DNA of 64,000 nt. Source: Rhynchobatus australiae. Lineage: Eukaryota. The notes under the pieces are model-generated. The model saw nothing but the letters and a program-made list of their open reading frames with translations. It had not been told where the DNA came from and searched no databases. The DNA is taken from the NCBI GenBank assembly GCA_034780895.1, contig JAUZTB010000071.1, forward strand, positions 18,342,858 to 18,406,857, in the 5' to 3' direction. Positions 12,401 through 24,576 of the stretch are shown piece by piece. A program made the translations under genes and the position numbers. Position 1 is the stretch's first letter, and each line of letters starts with the position of its first letter.

Positions 12401-13405
12401 GTTCTTTGTGGCATGATATGAAACTAAAACAATTGTTTCTTTTGGAAATAATTCTCAATTTCTTTTTTTGCCTCAGAAAGATACAACTTATCTTTTGGTT
12501 TGTGTTTCGACAACTGCCAAAACATTTTTGCACCAAATTTTAAGGTACTATCTCAATACTTTATAATGCTTAGACAAAGCTAACAATTTTGGTTGACAGA
12601 TATTGTTGACAATCAGAGCCCTACTTAAATAGTTAAATAGTGATGTGGACTGCAAGATATTAGACCTCAATAGCATTTGTCACATCATTCCACCTGCTAC
12701 TGCTCCCAGGTCTCTCTCACCCGCTCTTGGAACCTCTGACCTCCATCTCAGTAACATCCAGGGACTACCGCCTATCCCCCATTCCCAGATCCCCAGGAAA
12801 ACATCCCATCATATCCTTTGATTGAATCAATGGACTGCAGTGCAAAAGGGATGTTCATTAAATAATGCCTGTATAGTTACAAAGGCAAAACACACAATGA
12901 TAATGATTTAAAGACATGTTTTCTATGGTTTTAATAAAGTACTGGAAATGGTTATGTACTTTAAGCTGTTTCCCTTCCACTTACTGAAATAAATATGCCT
13001 GCTTACTGTTGCAAATTATCATAATTATTAAAAGTTAATGTTACTTTTGTGCAATTTTGTCCATCATGTCCTTATTTAGCAGCAATTATTTGGAGATCAT
13101 TTTGCAATTTAGGTAGCATCTTATTGAATATTGGCGTCTGTGCATTTCCTATGCCCTTAGCTTGGATCTGACTTCTCCCATTTTCACAGCGTGCATTGAC
13201 AAGGGGGATCAAATTGAGGAAATTACTCAGCCTAGAGTCATAGGAAGTGAATGCAACTCAACTAGATGTTCAGGAAATGATTGTTAAATAAGTACAGAGT
13301 TGAAGAAAGTTAAGGTCCATAGATTTGAAGGTGGGATAGTAATCAGAGCGTAAGAATAAATCAGTGTGTTGGCTGATAACTTATCGCAATGAATCGTTAT
13401 AAAAG

Positions 13406-13755
13406 ACTCCCAAAGGTTGTGGGTTGGTAAGTTAATTGACTACTGTAAATTGCCCCTAGAGTGTAGCTGCATTTTAAAATCTGGAGGGAGTTAATGGGAA
13501 TGTGGGGAAAATAAAAGGAGAACAAATGAAAGCTCTTGACCCAAAACCTTGAATGTTCATTTCCCTCCACAGAATCTGTTCGACCTGCTGAGTTCCAAGA
13601 AATTGTTTTTTTGCTCCAGATGCCACCATCTGCAGTCTTGTGTTTCCAAAATAAAATGAGATTTGAGAATGATTAATATACATGGGAGCTCGATGGTCAG
13701 TGTGGGCGAGGAGGGGTGAAGAACTTGTTTCTGTGTTATATGACTCTTTGACTAA
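13406..13755 (+). mobile_element. V-SINE 3' half interrupted by a Penelope-type terminal fragment (~13522-13648)
   Basis: cccaaagg...ggttggtaagttaattgactactgtaaattgcccctagagtgtag and CR1-type tail. The insert has gctcttgacccaaaac...ccctccacaga...gacctgctgagttcc. Confidence 0.7.
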
Positions 13756-14145
13756 ATTCTATAACACTATAAACATAAATAGTTTTGAGAGGAATGTAAT
13801 AAATATGCCTTAGCTAAGCAGTGTTTTCTCTAATAACTTTCTCCTCATCCTCCTACTGGTCCTTGGCAGCCAACTGCAACCATGCACTTGACCTTCCAGG
13901 TCCTGACCATCCACAACTGACACTCCAACCCATGCACCTTATCTCTAGACCTTCTTTGCTCTACAGCTCCTTGCTGTTCCCTTCCCCATCACCTTTGTCT
14001 CACCCTGGAACCATACCGACCTAATTTCCTTTGATGTACAATGAAATTTTGCAGGAATACCTTTGTTGGTACTTGTCGGTTTGCTGCACATTGCCCTAAT
14101 TAACAATACCCCCCACCACCCCTGATCTGGTGTCAACACTAGAGA

Positions 14146-14246
14146 ATCTGATGAAGGGGCTTCAACCTGAAACATTAACTGTTCCTCTTTCCACAGATGC
14201 TGTCTGACTTGCTGAGTTTTTCCAGCATTTTCCGTTTTTATTTCAA
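14146..14246 (+). mobile_element. Penelope-derived terminal repeat with hammerhead-like core
   Basis: CTGATGA-AGG-ggcttcaa-CCT-GAAA-catt-aactg, followed by ccacagatgctg...gctgagt...ccagcatttt. Confidence 0.75.
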
Positions 14247-14525
14247 AGGATAGACTATATGTGATGAGTATCTGATGTGTCCGTGCTGGCAATGCCAATA
14301 AGCATTGTATCCATAGTGTGTAATTTTCAATGATAATGATCAGCATTAAGATCGTGTGGCACACAGCAATTTGATGCATCAAGTTATATTAAGATCAGAG
14401 ACCAAAACCTAGCCATCAATGATTGGATGATGACAAATATGGCATGTTCGAGTGGTCAGAATTGAAAGATCCCAGAGATCTTGGCAGAGCTGAAGCCTGG
14501 AGGAGGTTAAAGACGCGGTGGTGTG

Positions 14526-14742
14526 GAGACACACACTTGAAAAGCTGAAGGAACTCAGTGGGTCAGGCAGCATCTATGGAAGGAAATGGACAGTCGATGT
14601 TTCAGGTCGAGACCTTTCATCTGGACTCAGCCNNNNNNNNNNNNNNNNNNNNNNNNNNNNNNNNNNNNNNNNNNNNNNNNNNNNNNNNNNNNNNNNNNNN
14701 NNNNNNNNNNNNNNNNNNNNTCGGCAGTCACTTGTGTCTCTA
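14526..14742 (-). mobile_element. Penelope-derived terminal repeat (gap inside)
   Basis: Reverse strand of 14592-14627: agtc-CAGATGA-A-AGGTC-tc-GACCT-GAAA-CATC-gact. Confidence 0.75.
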
Positions 14743-16025
14743 GTTGTGTGGAGGTAATGGGGAGCAGAATGTAAAGAGGTCATGGCTGTTCCAATGGCTA
14801 TAGTATGGAAACTTGGAGATATTATGAAACTGGCACCTGAAAATAGGATAATGAGGCTGCATTTATGCAGTTAGTCCTTAAAATGGATATTACATGATGA
14901 AGTATTTTGGAATATTTTACGTGATCTTGTACATATTGAATTGAGAGTGAATGAGTGGGTGGAAGATAATTAACATGTTAGAGTTCAAGACACAAGATGG
15001 ATGAATGCTACTAACTTGCTCTTCCTGACTTCCTCAAAGCTCTTCAGAACTTATATTTCCATGAAAGTCAGTGGTTGATTACTTGATGGGCAACCACAGA
15101 AAGACTTGCACCAAGCTGAGAGTAAACCTTTCCCACAGACAGATTTTACAGTTAGGCAATTATATTATCCTGGAACTTTGCTTATGCATTTATTCCTACT
15201 ACTTATGCATGTGAACAAAAAATGTCTATCCTTTGCAAGGCATTGCCTGTATTGATCCAGTTCTTCTAAATGAGATGAAAGTTTGTCATCCTCCATGGTT
15301 GTGCAGAATGAAGTGGAGATCAAACGTTGGCACATCCAACCTCTTGCAATACTGATGGATTAATTACTGAGTCCAGCTGGGCTCTGGAACTTAACTGGCT
15401 GAGGGCCCAGATACAACTTGCAGCTAACTTTGTTTTACACCAGCCACATGTATCCCGAGGAACCCTATTCATTTGAGTAGTGTTGATGACCTTCATTAAG
15501 TACATTAGTTTTGCTAGATTATTTCTTTCATGATTGCACTGTATATTTATATTTTCAATATTTTCATCAATATTACATAACTAAACTTATTTTATTAATT
15601 TTAATTTTTTCATTATTTCAATCCATTTCTGCTGTTTTAAAGGTCTCTGATCATCTGAGGGCTGGTCACCACTTGTGACCCACTTTGTGCAAGAGCCATG
15701 GAGTGGAGCCCACACTAATCCCACAGCCATGCTTACCTGCTCCAGCACAGCCTATTCCACAGGTGCTGCAACTGGTAGGTATGGCCATGGGATTAGTATG
15801 GGGCCGAAGTCTGCCAGCAGGTCAGATCGATTACAAAACCCCTCCTCCTCTCCAATGAAAACAAATTTCACAATGTGCACATGACATATGTGGATACACT
15901 TCTAGCCTGAATTATCTGACACATATCATGGCTGATATGCCTACGTCAGTCCCTACTTTGCAGAGTTGCGAGAGATGTGATTCTGGGTGATACGCTTAAA
16001 ATGGCTGGTGAACATTCTCCAGTCC

Positions 16026-16706
16026 ATATGAAGGGTCTTGACCCAAAACGTCAGGCAGGAGGTACAGAAGCCTGAAGTCCCACATCACCAGGTTCAAGAA
16101 CAGTTACTTCCCTTCCACTATTCCACTAACCGACAAAATACTAATCACTGCANNNNNNNNNNNNNNNNNNNNNNNNNNNNNNNNNNNNNNNNNNNNNNNN
16201 NNNNNNNNNNNNNNNNNNNNNNNNNNNNNNNNNNNNNNNNNNNNNNNNNNNNNNNNNNNNNNNNNNNNNNNNNNNNNNNNNNNNNNNNNNNNNNNNNNNN
16301 NNNNNNNNNNNNNNNNNNNNNNNNNNNNNNNNNTGAGCTCCTCCAGCATTGTTTTTCAATAAATCATTGCAGTTTAGCTTAGCAACACTATGACTACTTT
16401 GATCACTTTGCACTAAAATGAACTTCAATTTTTTTTGTTCTAATTGTGTTCTTTCTTGTAAGATTTGTGTATAATTTATATTTAATATGTTTATCTTGTG
16501 AATGCTGAGTATATGATGCTATGTGCCTGTGATGTTGCTGCAAGCAAGTTTCTCATTGCACCTGTGCATATATGTATTTGCTCATATGATAATAAACTCA
16601 ACTTTCCCTGCCCATTTCCCTCCACAGATGCTGCTTCACCCACTGAGTTGCTCCAGCGGTTTTTTTTTGCTCCAGATTCCAGCATCTACAGACTCTTGTG
16701 TTTCCC
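16026..16706 (+). mobile_element. Nested Penelope terminal repeat and Rex1 3' fragment (~16053-16600, gap inside)
   Basis: gaagggtcttgacccaaaacgtca, then Rex1 GRRYRSLKSHITRFKNSYFPSTI with 3' UTR ending tgataataaac, then the Penelope repeat resumes (cccatttccctccacagatgctgc). Confidence 0.7.
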
Positions 16707-19354
16707 AGTGAATATTTTCCATGTTTCCTGCATCATTTTGTAAGACAAGTGAGATGATTTGCCATTTTATACGAAGAGCATTGTCTGACTCCACAGGTCA
16801 AATTCTGCCAAAGTCCTGCTATTAACAACAGGATAGAAAGAAATGGAAAGTTAGGATATAAAGGAATTTCCAAGACTTCATTCCTTGAATTGGTGTTGGG
16901 TTTTGTTTTAATTGCAGATGATGATGGTGCGAAGTTCAAGTGGTTGTGTTGCTAACTGGTTCAATTGGACAAACCTGTACATCATCTTTTGGTGGAATTT
17001 TGGGTTTGAACCCTGTTGTGAAATGAGAGTGACCTACTTTCGTATTCTGTGATCCTTTGGAGAGGTGAAACTACGTTCTGCTGGAATTGAAAGCCTGCTG
17101 CGTCCCCACTGAGACTGAGAACATCTTGTGGAGAATATAACAAAGAAAAACTATTTCTGTCAGTTAGTANNNNNNNNNNNNNNNNNNNNNNNNNNNNNNN
17201 NNNNNNNNNNNNNNNNNNNNNNNNNNNNNNNNNNNNNNNNNNNNNNNNNNNNNNNNNNNNNNNNNNNNNNNNNNNNNNNNNNNNNNNNNNNNNNNNNNNN
17301 NNNNNNNNNNNNNNNNNNNNNNNNNNNNNNNNNNNNNNNNNNNNNNNNNNNNNNNNNNNNNNNNNNNNNNNNNNNNNNNNNNNNNNNNNNNNNNNNNNNN
17401 NNNNNNNNNNNNNNNNNNNNNNNNNNNNNNNNNNNNNNNNNNNNNNNNNNNNNNNNNNNNNNNNNNNNNNNNNNNNNNNNNNNNNNNNNNNNNNNNNNNN
17501 NNNNNNNNNNNNNNNNNNNNNNNNNNNNNNNNNNNNNNNNNNNNNNNNNNNNNNNNNNNNNNNNNNNNNNNNNNNNNNNNNNNNNNNNNNNNNNNNNNNN
17601 NNNNNNNNNNNNNNNNNNNNNNNNNNNNNNNNNNNNNNNNNNNNNNNNNNNNNNNNNNNNNNNNNNNNNNNNNNNNNNNNNNNNNNNNNNNNNNNNNNNN
17701 NNNNNNNNNNNNNNNNNNNNNNNNNNNNNNNNNNNNNNNNNNNNNNNNNNNNNNNNNNNNNNNNNNNNNNNNNNNNNNNNNNNNNNNNNNNNNNNNNNNN
17801 NNNNNNNNNNNNNNNNNNNNNNNNNNNNNNNNNNNNNNNNNNNNNNNNNNNNNNNNNNNNNNNNNNNNNNNNNNNNNNNNNNNNNNNNNNNNNNNNNNNN
17901 NNNNNNTACAAGTCAGTGATAATAAATCTGATTCTGATAACTTGTCAAATGTTGCAATTGAATCTACCTCCATTACTACCCCTGGAGGTGCATTCTAGAC
18001 CATAACAAGATATCACCTGTGGCTCTTTTGTTAACCACCTTTTCTCTTTATCTTCTGTTTCTTGACCACTCTGCCAATGGGAACGTTCTTCCAGGATGGT
18101 CCAAAGTGCATCTGAGCCAATAATTTTTTTCCCCCAAATGTAGCTATTTCAGCAGTAAAAGAGAGCTCTGGACTTCATAGTGAGACCTTAAAATTTTAAG
18201 ATTAAGACTTTTACAGTAGCAACAAGAATTCAAGAACACTTTAGTCAAGAATGATGGGTTTTTAACCACACCTTCACAATCAGGTAGTCTGTTCAGTTGG
18301 TTTGAAGGTGTATAATATAAATAATCCTCCCTATAACACCCTTGCTAAAATTATCATAGTTATCATAGTGGCAAATTGCACTGGAATGTAATGACACAAT
18401 AAGATCTGGAAAGACATTCATCAGTCCGTCTCCCAGACTAAATGTAAAGAAAATGCTGATACTTGTTTATTTTGTAAACTTGCCATAGAGTTTTCATGTT
18501 CAGAAGATTAAATATTTTAAAATGAAATCAGTACTTTTAATGGTATTACAAAGATTTTAGGTGAAATTACTCAAGGCCAAAAGGAATAAGACTGCTACAG
18601 AAACAAAGTGAAGAAAATAACATTATTTATCCTGGTAGCAAAAGAAAATAAATGAAATGTCTTGTCAACATAAGTGCTGTCTTGCTATGCATATGGTCTT
18701 TTCACATATGACTTATGAAGAATACCAAAGAACAATTTATACTTTCTCAAACTCTGCAATAACCTCACCGTCACCTGTGGTAATCCTGAAATCCCACCCA
18801 TTTCATCTAATTATTACACAACTCAAATGAGAAATAAGATGGTCGTATCTCTGATAAAAGTTGGTTTGACTTTACTAAAGTAATTTGAAACTTAGTTCAT
18901 TTCTCTTGGTTCTGTTTCATGATTTCCTTTATTCTTTCTCAGAATCAATTCTATACTTGGGAACATATGAAATGCTACTTCCGAGTGATACTGGCTTCAG
19001 TGTTTCGCTACTGGTTATTTTTGTTGGTTCTTGGATATTTTCGGATTGAACAGATAAACAACAGAAACTGAAATAAAGATGAGGAGACAAAAAGAACAAA
19101 TAGACATAAATTAAGAGATTTTACTGCAAGATCCTTCTCGCTAAGAAAATGTTAAAATGGTTATGGGTAGCAATGAAAACAACCAATCCTCACATTCTGT
19201 ATATAGAGCCTGTATAAAATATAAAGGGGCACGGTATGTTCTGGTGGTGGCAGGGATGGTTTTTATATAATAGCTTACGTTATTCTGGCATTGCAGAGGA
19301 AAGAAGAATAAGTTCATTTTCCTACATTGCTGATTTCTTGAGGAATATTGCAGG

Positions 19355-20335
19355 TTCATAGAATGGTTATAGCAGAGGAGGCCATTCAGCCCATCATGTC
19401 TCCACAGCTCTCTGCAAAACAAAGTCACTATTTCCAACTGCAAGCCCTCTCTCCATACCCTTACAAATTTTTCTTCACCATTTATTTATCCAGTTCCCTC
19501 TCGAGGATCATAGTGGAATCTGTCTCCACTGCATGTACAAGCAGATCATTCCAGCCACACACTGCATTGAAGAAAATTCTTCATGTTACTCTTAGTTCTC
19601 TTCCCCTTTATTTTATACCAGTCACCTTTAGTTCTCCACCCTCCCATCAAATCAAACAGCCTCTTACTATTGACTTTGCCTAGACCCCTCAGCATTTAAT
19701 ATGTTATGAAATCACCATTCAACCTTGTTTAGAGAAAAGAACAGTCCCAGCCTCTCTAATCCATCCTTGTAACTACAGTCAGAGAGTCATAGATTCATTC
19801 AAGACGGGACAGAAATGAGCCCTTTGGCTACCATGTCCAGAATGACTATTTTGTCTATCTACTCTAATCCCACAACTCTACACTAAACTGTTTCCTATTC
19901 CAGAAACCATTTACTTCCAACACATCCTTCCAATAACGTGAGGAATTATGTTGAACACAACATTCCTGTTGAGGCTGAACTATTTTTTTGTTAAATGACA
20001 TTTCAGCATGACTTCCCTCCTTTTAAACTCTACACTTTTGTTAAAATTGTGTCTATTAACCACTTTCCTAATCCACCCTGCCATTTTCAATGATCTGTGA
20101 ACTTATACCCAAAGTCCTTCTGCTCCTGCACCCTTTTTGTAACAGTATCCTTTATATCATCTCTCCTCCTTGACCCTACCAAAGTGCATCACCTCACAAT
20201 TCTCCTCATTGAACTTCATCTGCAAATATGCCAGCCTATTCTACCAACCTGCCTATATCCTGCTGCAATCTATCACTTTCATTGGCATATTCACAATATG
20301 GCCAAAGGTTTGTATCATCAGCAAACTTAGAAGTT
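19355..20335 (-). mobile_element. Old CR1 fragment, with a small inserted tail piece at ~19780-19890
   Basis: tcatagaatggttatagcagaggaggccattcagcccatc tail (reverse), followed by degenerate reverse ORF2 up to tttgtatcatcagcaaactt (reverse of KFADD). Confidence 0.75.
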
Positions 20336-20884
20336 GTGCCTTGATATTCTCGTTAGCAGTACCAGAAGCCATTATGAATTTAAAGGAACATACAGTAATT
20401 TGTGAAAAAATGAAACCTCTTCTTAAATTACAATCATGAGCCTGCTCTGCTCATGCCAAGTAGTTTGCAATGTTTTAAGATTTGTTTCATAGTCTGCTTT
20501 TGTTAATTCATAAACCAAATGTGTGCAGAATTCTACATGGCTTTATAATGAGTTACCATTCCCACTCCCCCAGCTATATTAATCAAGGTAGTGTGCCTGT
20601 CTCTTATCTTCTTGAAATCTATCAGACCTTGAGATGTATGATCCGTTCAATGTGGTATGAACTAGTGTCGGATTTCATGGAATAATTAACTGATGGTCTC
20701 TTCAGGTTTCACTGGGCAGCCTAGAGAGAGAACCTGTTGGAATAATTACAATGACACACTAGACTTCTCATATTGTTGGTGAAGTCTTGAAGGTGCAGGC
20801 CTAGTCTAGCAGAAAGAGTATATTTACAGCATTTTCCCTGTGCCAGTTTTTCACTGGATGAAGAATAAGGCTTATGTATTATTA

Positions 20885-21062
20885 AAAATAAAATTCTGCA
20901 GGTATTGGAAACCTTAAAAACAAACAGAAAATATTCAGTTAACATTTTAGGTCAATGGCCTCGTGGTTATGATGATCACCCATTGACCTGATATTAACTG
21001 TCTTTCTCTCTCCATGCATTCTGTCGATCCTGCCAAGTACTTCCAGCATTTTACTGTTTTTA
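20885..21062. mobile_element. Penelope-derived inverted unit, degenerate
   Basis: cagttaacattttaggtcaatgg ... ccattgacctgatattaactg inverted arms; flanks match the same repeat family. Confidence 0.6.
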
Positions 21063-21204
21063 TAAGTTATTCATTTTGCTTTTCTCTTCATGAGCTTACA
21101 CATATTCAAAAATCATCTAGGAAGGATAATCACGAGGAACCTGAATCTTGATGGTCACTTCTGGAAGTGAACAAATTACTGTCATTCCTTGCGAGCACTG
21201 ATAT

Positions 21205-22378
21205 GCAAAATCCAAAATAACTGCAGATGCCGGAAATCTAAATCAGAAAATGCTGGCAGGTTGGACTGCATCTACGAGAAGTGAAACAGAGTCACCATTT
21301 CAGGTCAGATACCTTTTGTTAGAACTGTTGGATCCAATTGTTTTTGAACCTGCAGGTTCTTTCAGGAGTCCAGGAATGAGTTGAAAACAACTTGGTGCTT
21401 CAAAGTTTTATTGGAAAAGTTTAAAACAAAGAAACAGTCACAGAGCACATGGCACTAGCTTTACTATTAGGAGATGAACCGAGACAAACGGACTAAATAT
21501 GAGTTAAGGCTGGGGGAAGAGAGCAAGTTAAGCAAGAGAGATAGAGCCAAGAGAGAGATAAAGGCAAGAGAGTGATTAACAAATAACAACACCTTTTATA
21601 CCCGAGATAAGAGGTACTCCTTAGCTGATAATAGTCCAATCACAAAACCTATTAGATACCCGTGGCAAAACCAACCAATGAGAAAACATGTATTCACCTG
21701 ATGGACGAACCAATAAGCTAAAAAGTGGTTATACCTTGTACAGCCACTTGAGGTGTATTAAACACTATACATGCTAAAAAAAATACTTAAAACAGTTGAA
21801 TCCAACAGAATTGAAAAGGAGAAAAAAGCTGAGGGAGGGTGGGGGAGGGGGAAATTTCTCTAATAGGGTAAAACCAGGGTGACCATGGCAATAAACTGTA
21901 AGCCAGGTTACCTGGTCAGTGGGTGAATGGGAGCACTTGGTGGGTGAGAATATAAACAAAACCACCTGGACCAGAAGATGCAAGAGATGTGAACTGCTGA
22001 GCAGGAGGACATGCCCAGCAGGTCAGGCTGCATATATCACCCACTCCCAGACAGAAATAAAAAACAAACAGCTAATTTCACAGGTGAATGACTGATACAG
22101 AAAAATGAAACAAGCTACCTGAAGTTTTAAAATTCAATATCGAATCCAGAAGGTTGCAAATGCCAAGACGGAAGATGAGGTGCTGTTCCTCAAGCTGGAG
22201 TTGGGCCAAATTGTGACAATACAAGAGGTCACAGATCAATAGGTCAGAGTGGGAGTAGGATGGGAAATTAAAAGTGGCAGGCAATGAGAAGCTTAGAGTT
22301 GCCCCTGTGGACTGAACGCAGAGGCTCCACAAAGTGATCACTTGATCTGCATTTTGTTTCTCCATTGTAGATTCTCCA
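21205..22378 (-). mobile_element. Penelope-like element 3' part (GIY-YIG endonuclease remnant plus terminal repeat), interrupted by an LTR-like insert
   Basis: Minus frames give YNGETKCRSSDHFVEPLRSV...ACHF and NFPSYSHSD...QLEEQHLIFRLG, matching the Penelope GIY-YIG C-terminus. Terminal repeat at ~21205-21325. Confidence 0.85.
21326..21771 (-). mobile_element. Solo LTR-like element (446 bp)
   Basis: Minus strand starts TGTATAG and ends CCAACA. In order: three CCAAT boxes (21710, 21675, 21636), TATAAAA (21600-21594), AATAAA (21412-21407). It splits a Penelope copy. No 4-6 bp TSD seen. Confidence 0.6.
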
Positions 22379-22814
22379 ATGATACACAGGAGGACATTTA
22401 TTATAAACTGGCATCAAGCTCAGCACAACGTAGTGGGCCAAATGTCCTATACAGTGCTGTACTGTTCTATGTAGAGGAGACCACACTGTAGTTCCACTGC
22501 TTTGTAAGTAGATGGGGAAGGAAATGAGTTGTTCAAGGAAGAAAGCTAGAGTTGGATATAAGGAATGTTCTCACATCACTTTTGGGCATTGGGAAGCATC
22601 TTTAAAGATCAGCAAAGAAAGTGAGTGGAATACAAATGAAAGTGTCTATTAAATGAACTGTGGAAGGAACTGGCTGTGAATGTTATTTTTTAACGTACAT
22701 TTTCCCTTTCTCAGTAAAGGCAAACTGACAACAACAACTCTCTGGAAGAAATCTGATATAATACTATTCACTGGTTCCAATAGCTTAAGTAGAGGGGAAC
22801 CTATTCAGTAGCAG

Positions 22815-23110
22815 ATTTAAGAATTAGAGAAGAGAGATTTAAAATCTTGGGCAAGAGATACAAAGGGAGATTGTAAAGGAAATCCTTTTATCTCAGAGTG
22901 GTCATGATCTGGAACTTCCTGCCTGTGGGAATGGTGGAAACAATCAATCTGTGCTTTTAGAAGGGAACTGAATAGGCAAATGTGAAGCAATATTTTTTAG
23001 GGCTATGGGGAAAAAGGGGAAATGGGATTGGTAGGATTCTTTACTTGGAGCTGGCATAAACCTGCTGGGCTGTATAGCATCCTTCTAACGAATGACAATT
23101 CTATGACTCG
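22815..23110 (+). mobile_element. Old CR1 3' fragment
   Basis: ttttatctcagagtggtcatgatctggaacttcctgcctg...ggtggaa, and tail gggctgtatagcatccttct...ttctatga. Confidence 0.7.
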
Positions 23111-23864
23111 ATACCATATAGAAAAGTTAATGTACCAGGACCCAAGCTGAATGATATTTGGTGATTTTGCAGAGGTGAGTCAGCAGATCCAGCTCACTGA
23201 GATCCTATTGTCACAGCTAACTCCTTATCTGTTCACGTCATCCAAGTAGACAAGAACTTTTTGTTCAAGGAGGATGAGTCTCCCATATGTATGTGGTCAG
23301 CACCTGATATGGAAATTATCGTGGAAGATATTCTGACATCTAAATATTGCTTCTGATGTGGTGCCCCTTTGTTTAATTGGCTAAAAGGACAAAATGACAA
23401 ATCTGATTTCTGAAATAGGAACAGAAAGTGCCATAAAAATGCACAGTGTTCCATTGTCTCTAGAGGAGAAATAGAATTAATGTTTCTGAAAAGGTTCAAC
23501 CTCATTGTCTGAATCATTAACAACATTTAAATTGTTTTTGTTACAAGATTGTTGGGTACTCAGAACTTAACAATACTAAATTGTTCGATAAGAACTGCAC
23601 TATTTTACGTCAGGGAACAATGAGGTATTGTCAGTGTTACAACGTGAAATAATGCATCAAATCATGAATTTTCATAGGTATTACTGTTGCATAGAGTATG
23701 GACTATACTGTTGAAGATTCATTTGATATAAAAGTCTTGAATTGAGTTTTTAATCTTTTCTCATGTTTAATATATACAAGACTGGGTAATCTTTCATGTA
23801 GTAAAATTCTATGGCTTGTAAGTTCACCTAATCACTAACAAATCATTTGTGTGCATAGATCAGA

Positions 23865-24322
23865 CTTCCTAGTTTGAAAAGGTTGTCATATGAGGAAAGA
23901 TTAAGTATGTTGGCCCATCTTCCTTGGAGTTTAGAAGAATGAGTGGTGACTTCATTGAAACATATAACATTCTGAGGAGGCTTCAGATGGGAGATGTGAG
24001 GATATTTCCCCCAGGGGGAATGTCTAGAAGTTATGGGTGTTGTCTCAGGACATACGATTGACCACTTGAGAAGGAGATGAGGAGGAAATTCTTCTCCCAG
24101 GAAGTCGTAAATCTTTGAAATTGTCTGCTCTGGAGAGTTGCTGAGAATCTCATTGAGCATACTCTAAACTGAGGTAGATTATTGAGCTATAGGGGAATTA
24201 ATGGTTATGGGGACCAGGAACAAAAGTGAGCCAATGATCAGATCAGCTTTGATCTGCTTAAATGACAGAGCAAGCATGAAGATATGCATGGGACACTTCT
24301 GCTTTCTCTAATATTCTTATGC
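23865..24322 (+). mobile_element. CR1 3' fragment
   Basis: Decayed LSYEERLSML...SLEFRRMSGDFIETYNILR...EMRRKFFSQEVVNL. Confidence 0.85.
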
Positions 24323-24576
24323 AAATTTAATCCAGTGCATATTGTCCATGGTCACACAGAGGCTGTTGTGTGTGCAGAATAACATAATATGCACAGAATT
24401 CACTTCCACATTGGAAGCCTATGAATGGAATGGGCTTCTCACAGTAAAACAGGATTAGCATAGATGGGTACTTGATAGTTGACATGGACATGATGGGCCG
24501 AAGGGCCTGCTTCTGTGTTTATGGCTCCAAAACAGGCCTCAGCCAGAGAGTTGAGAAGTCCTTCAGCATTAGTTAA

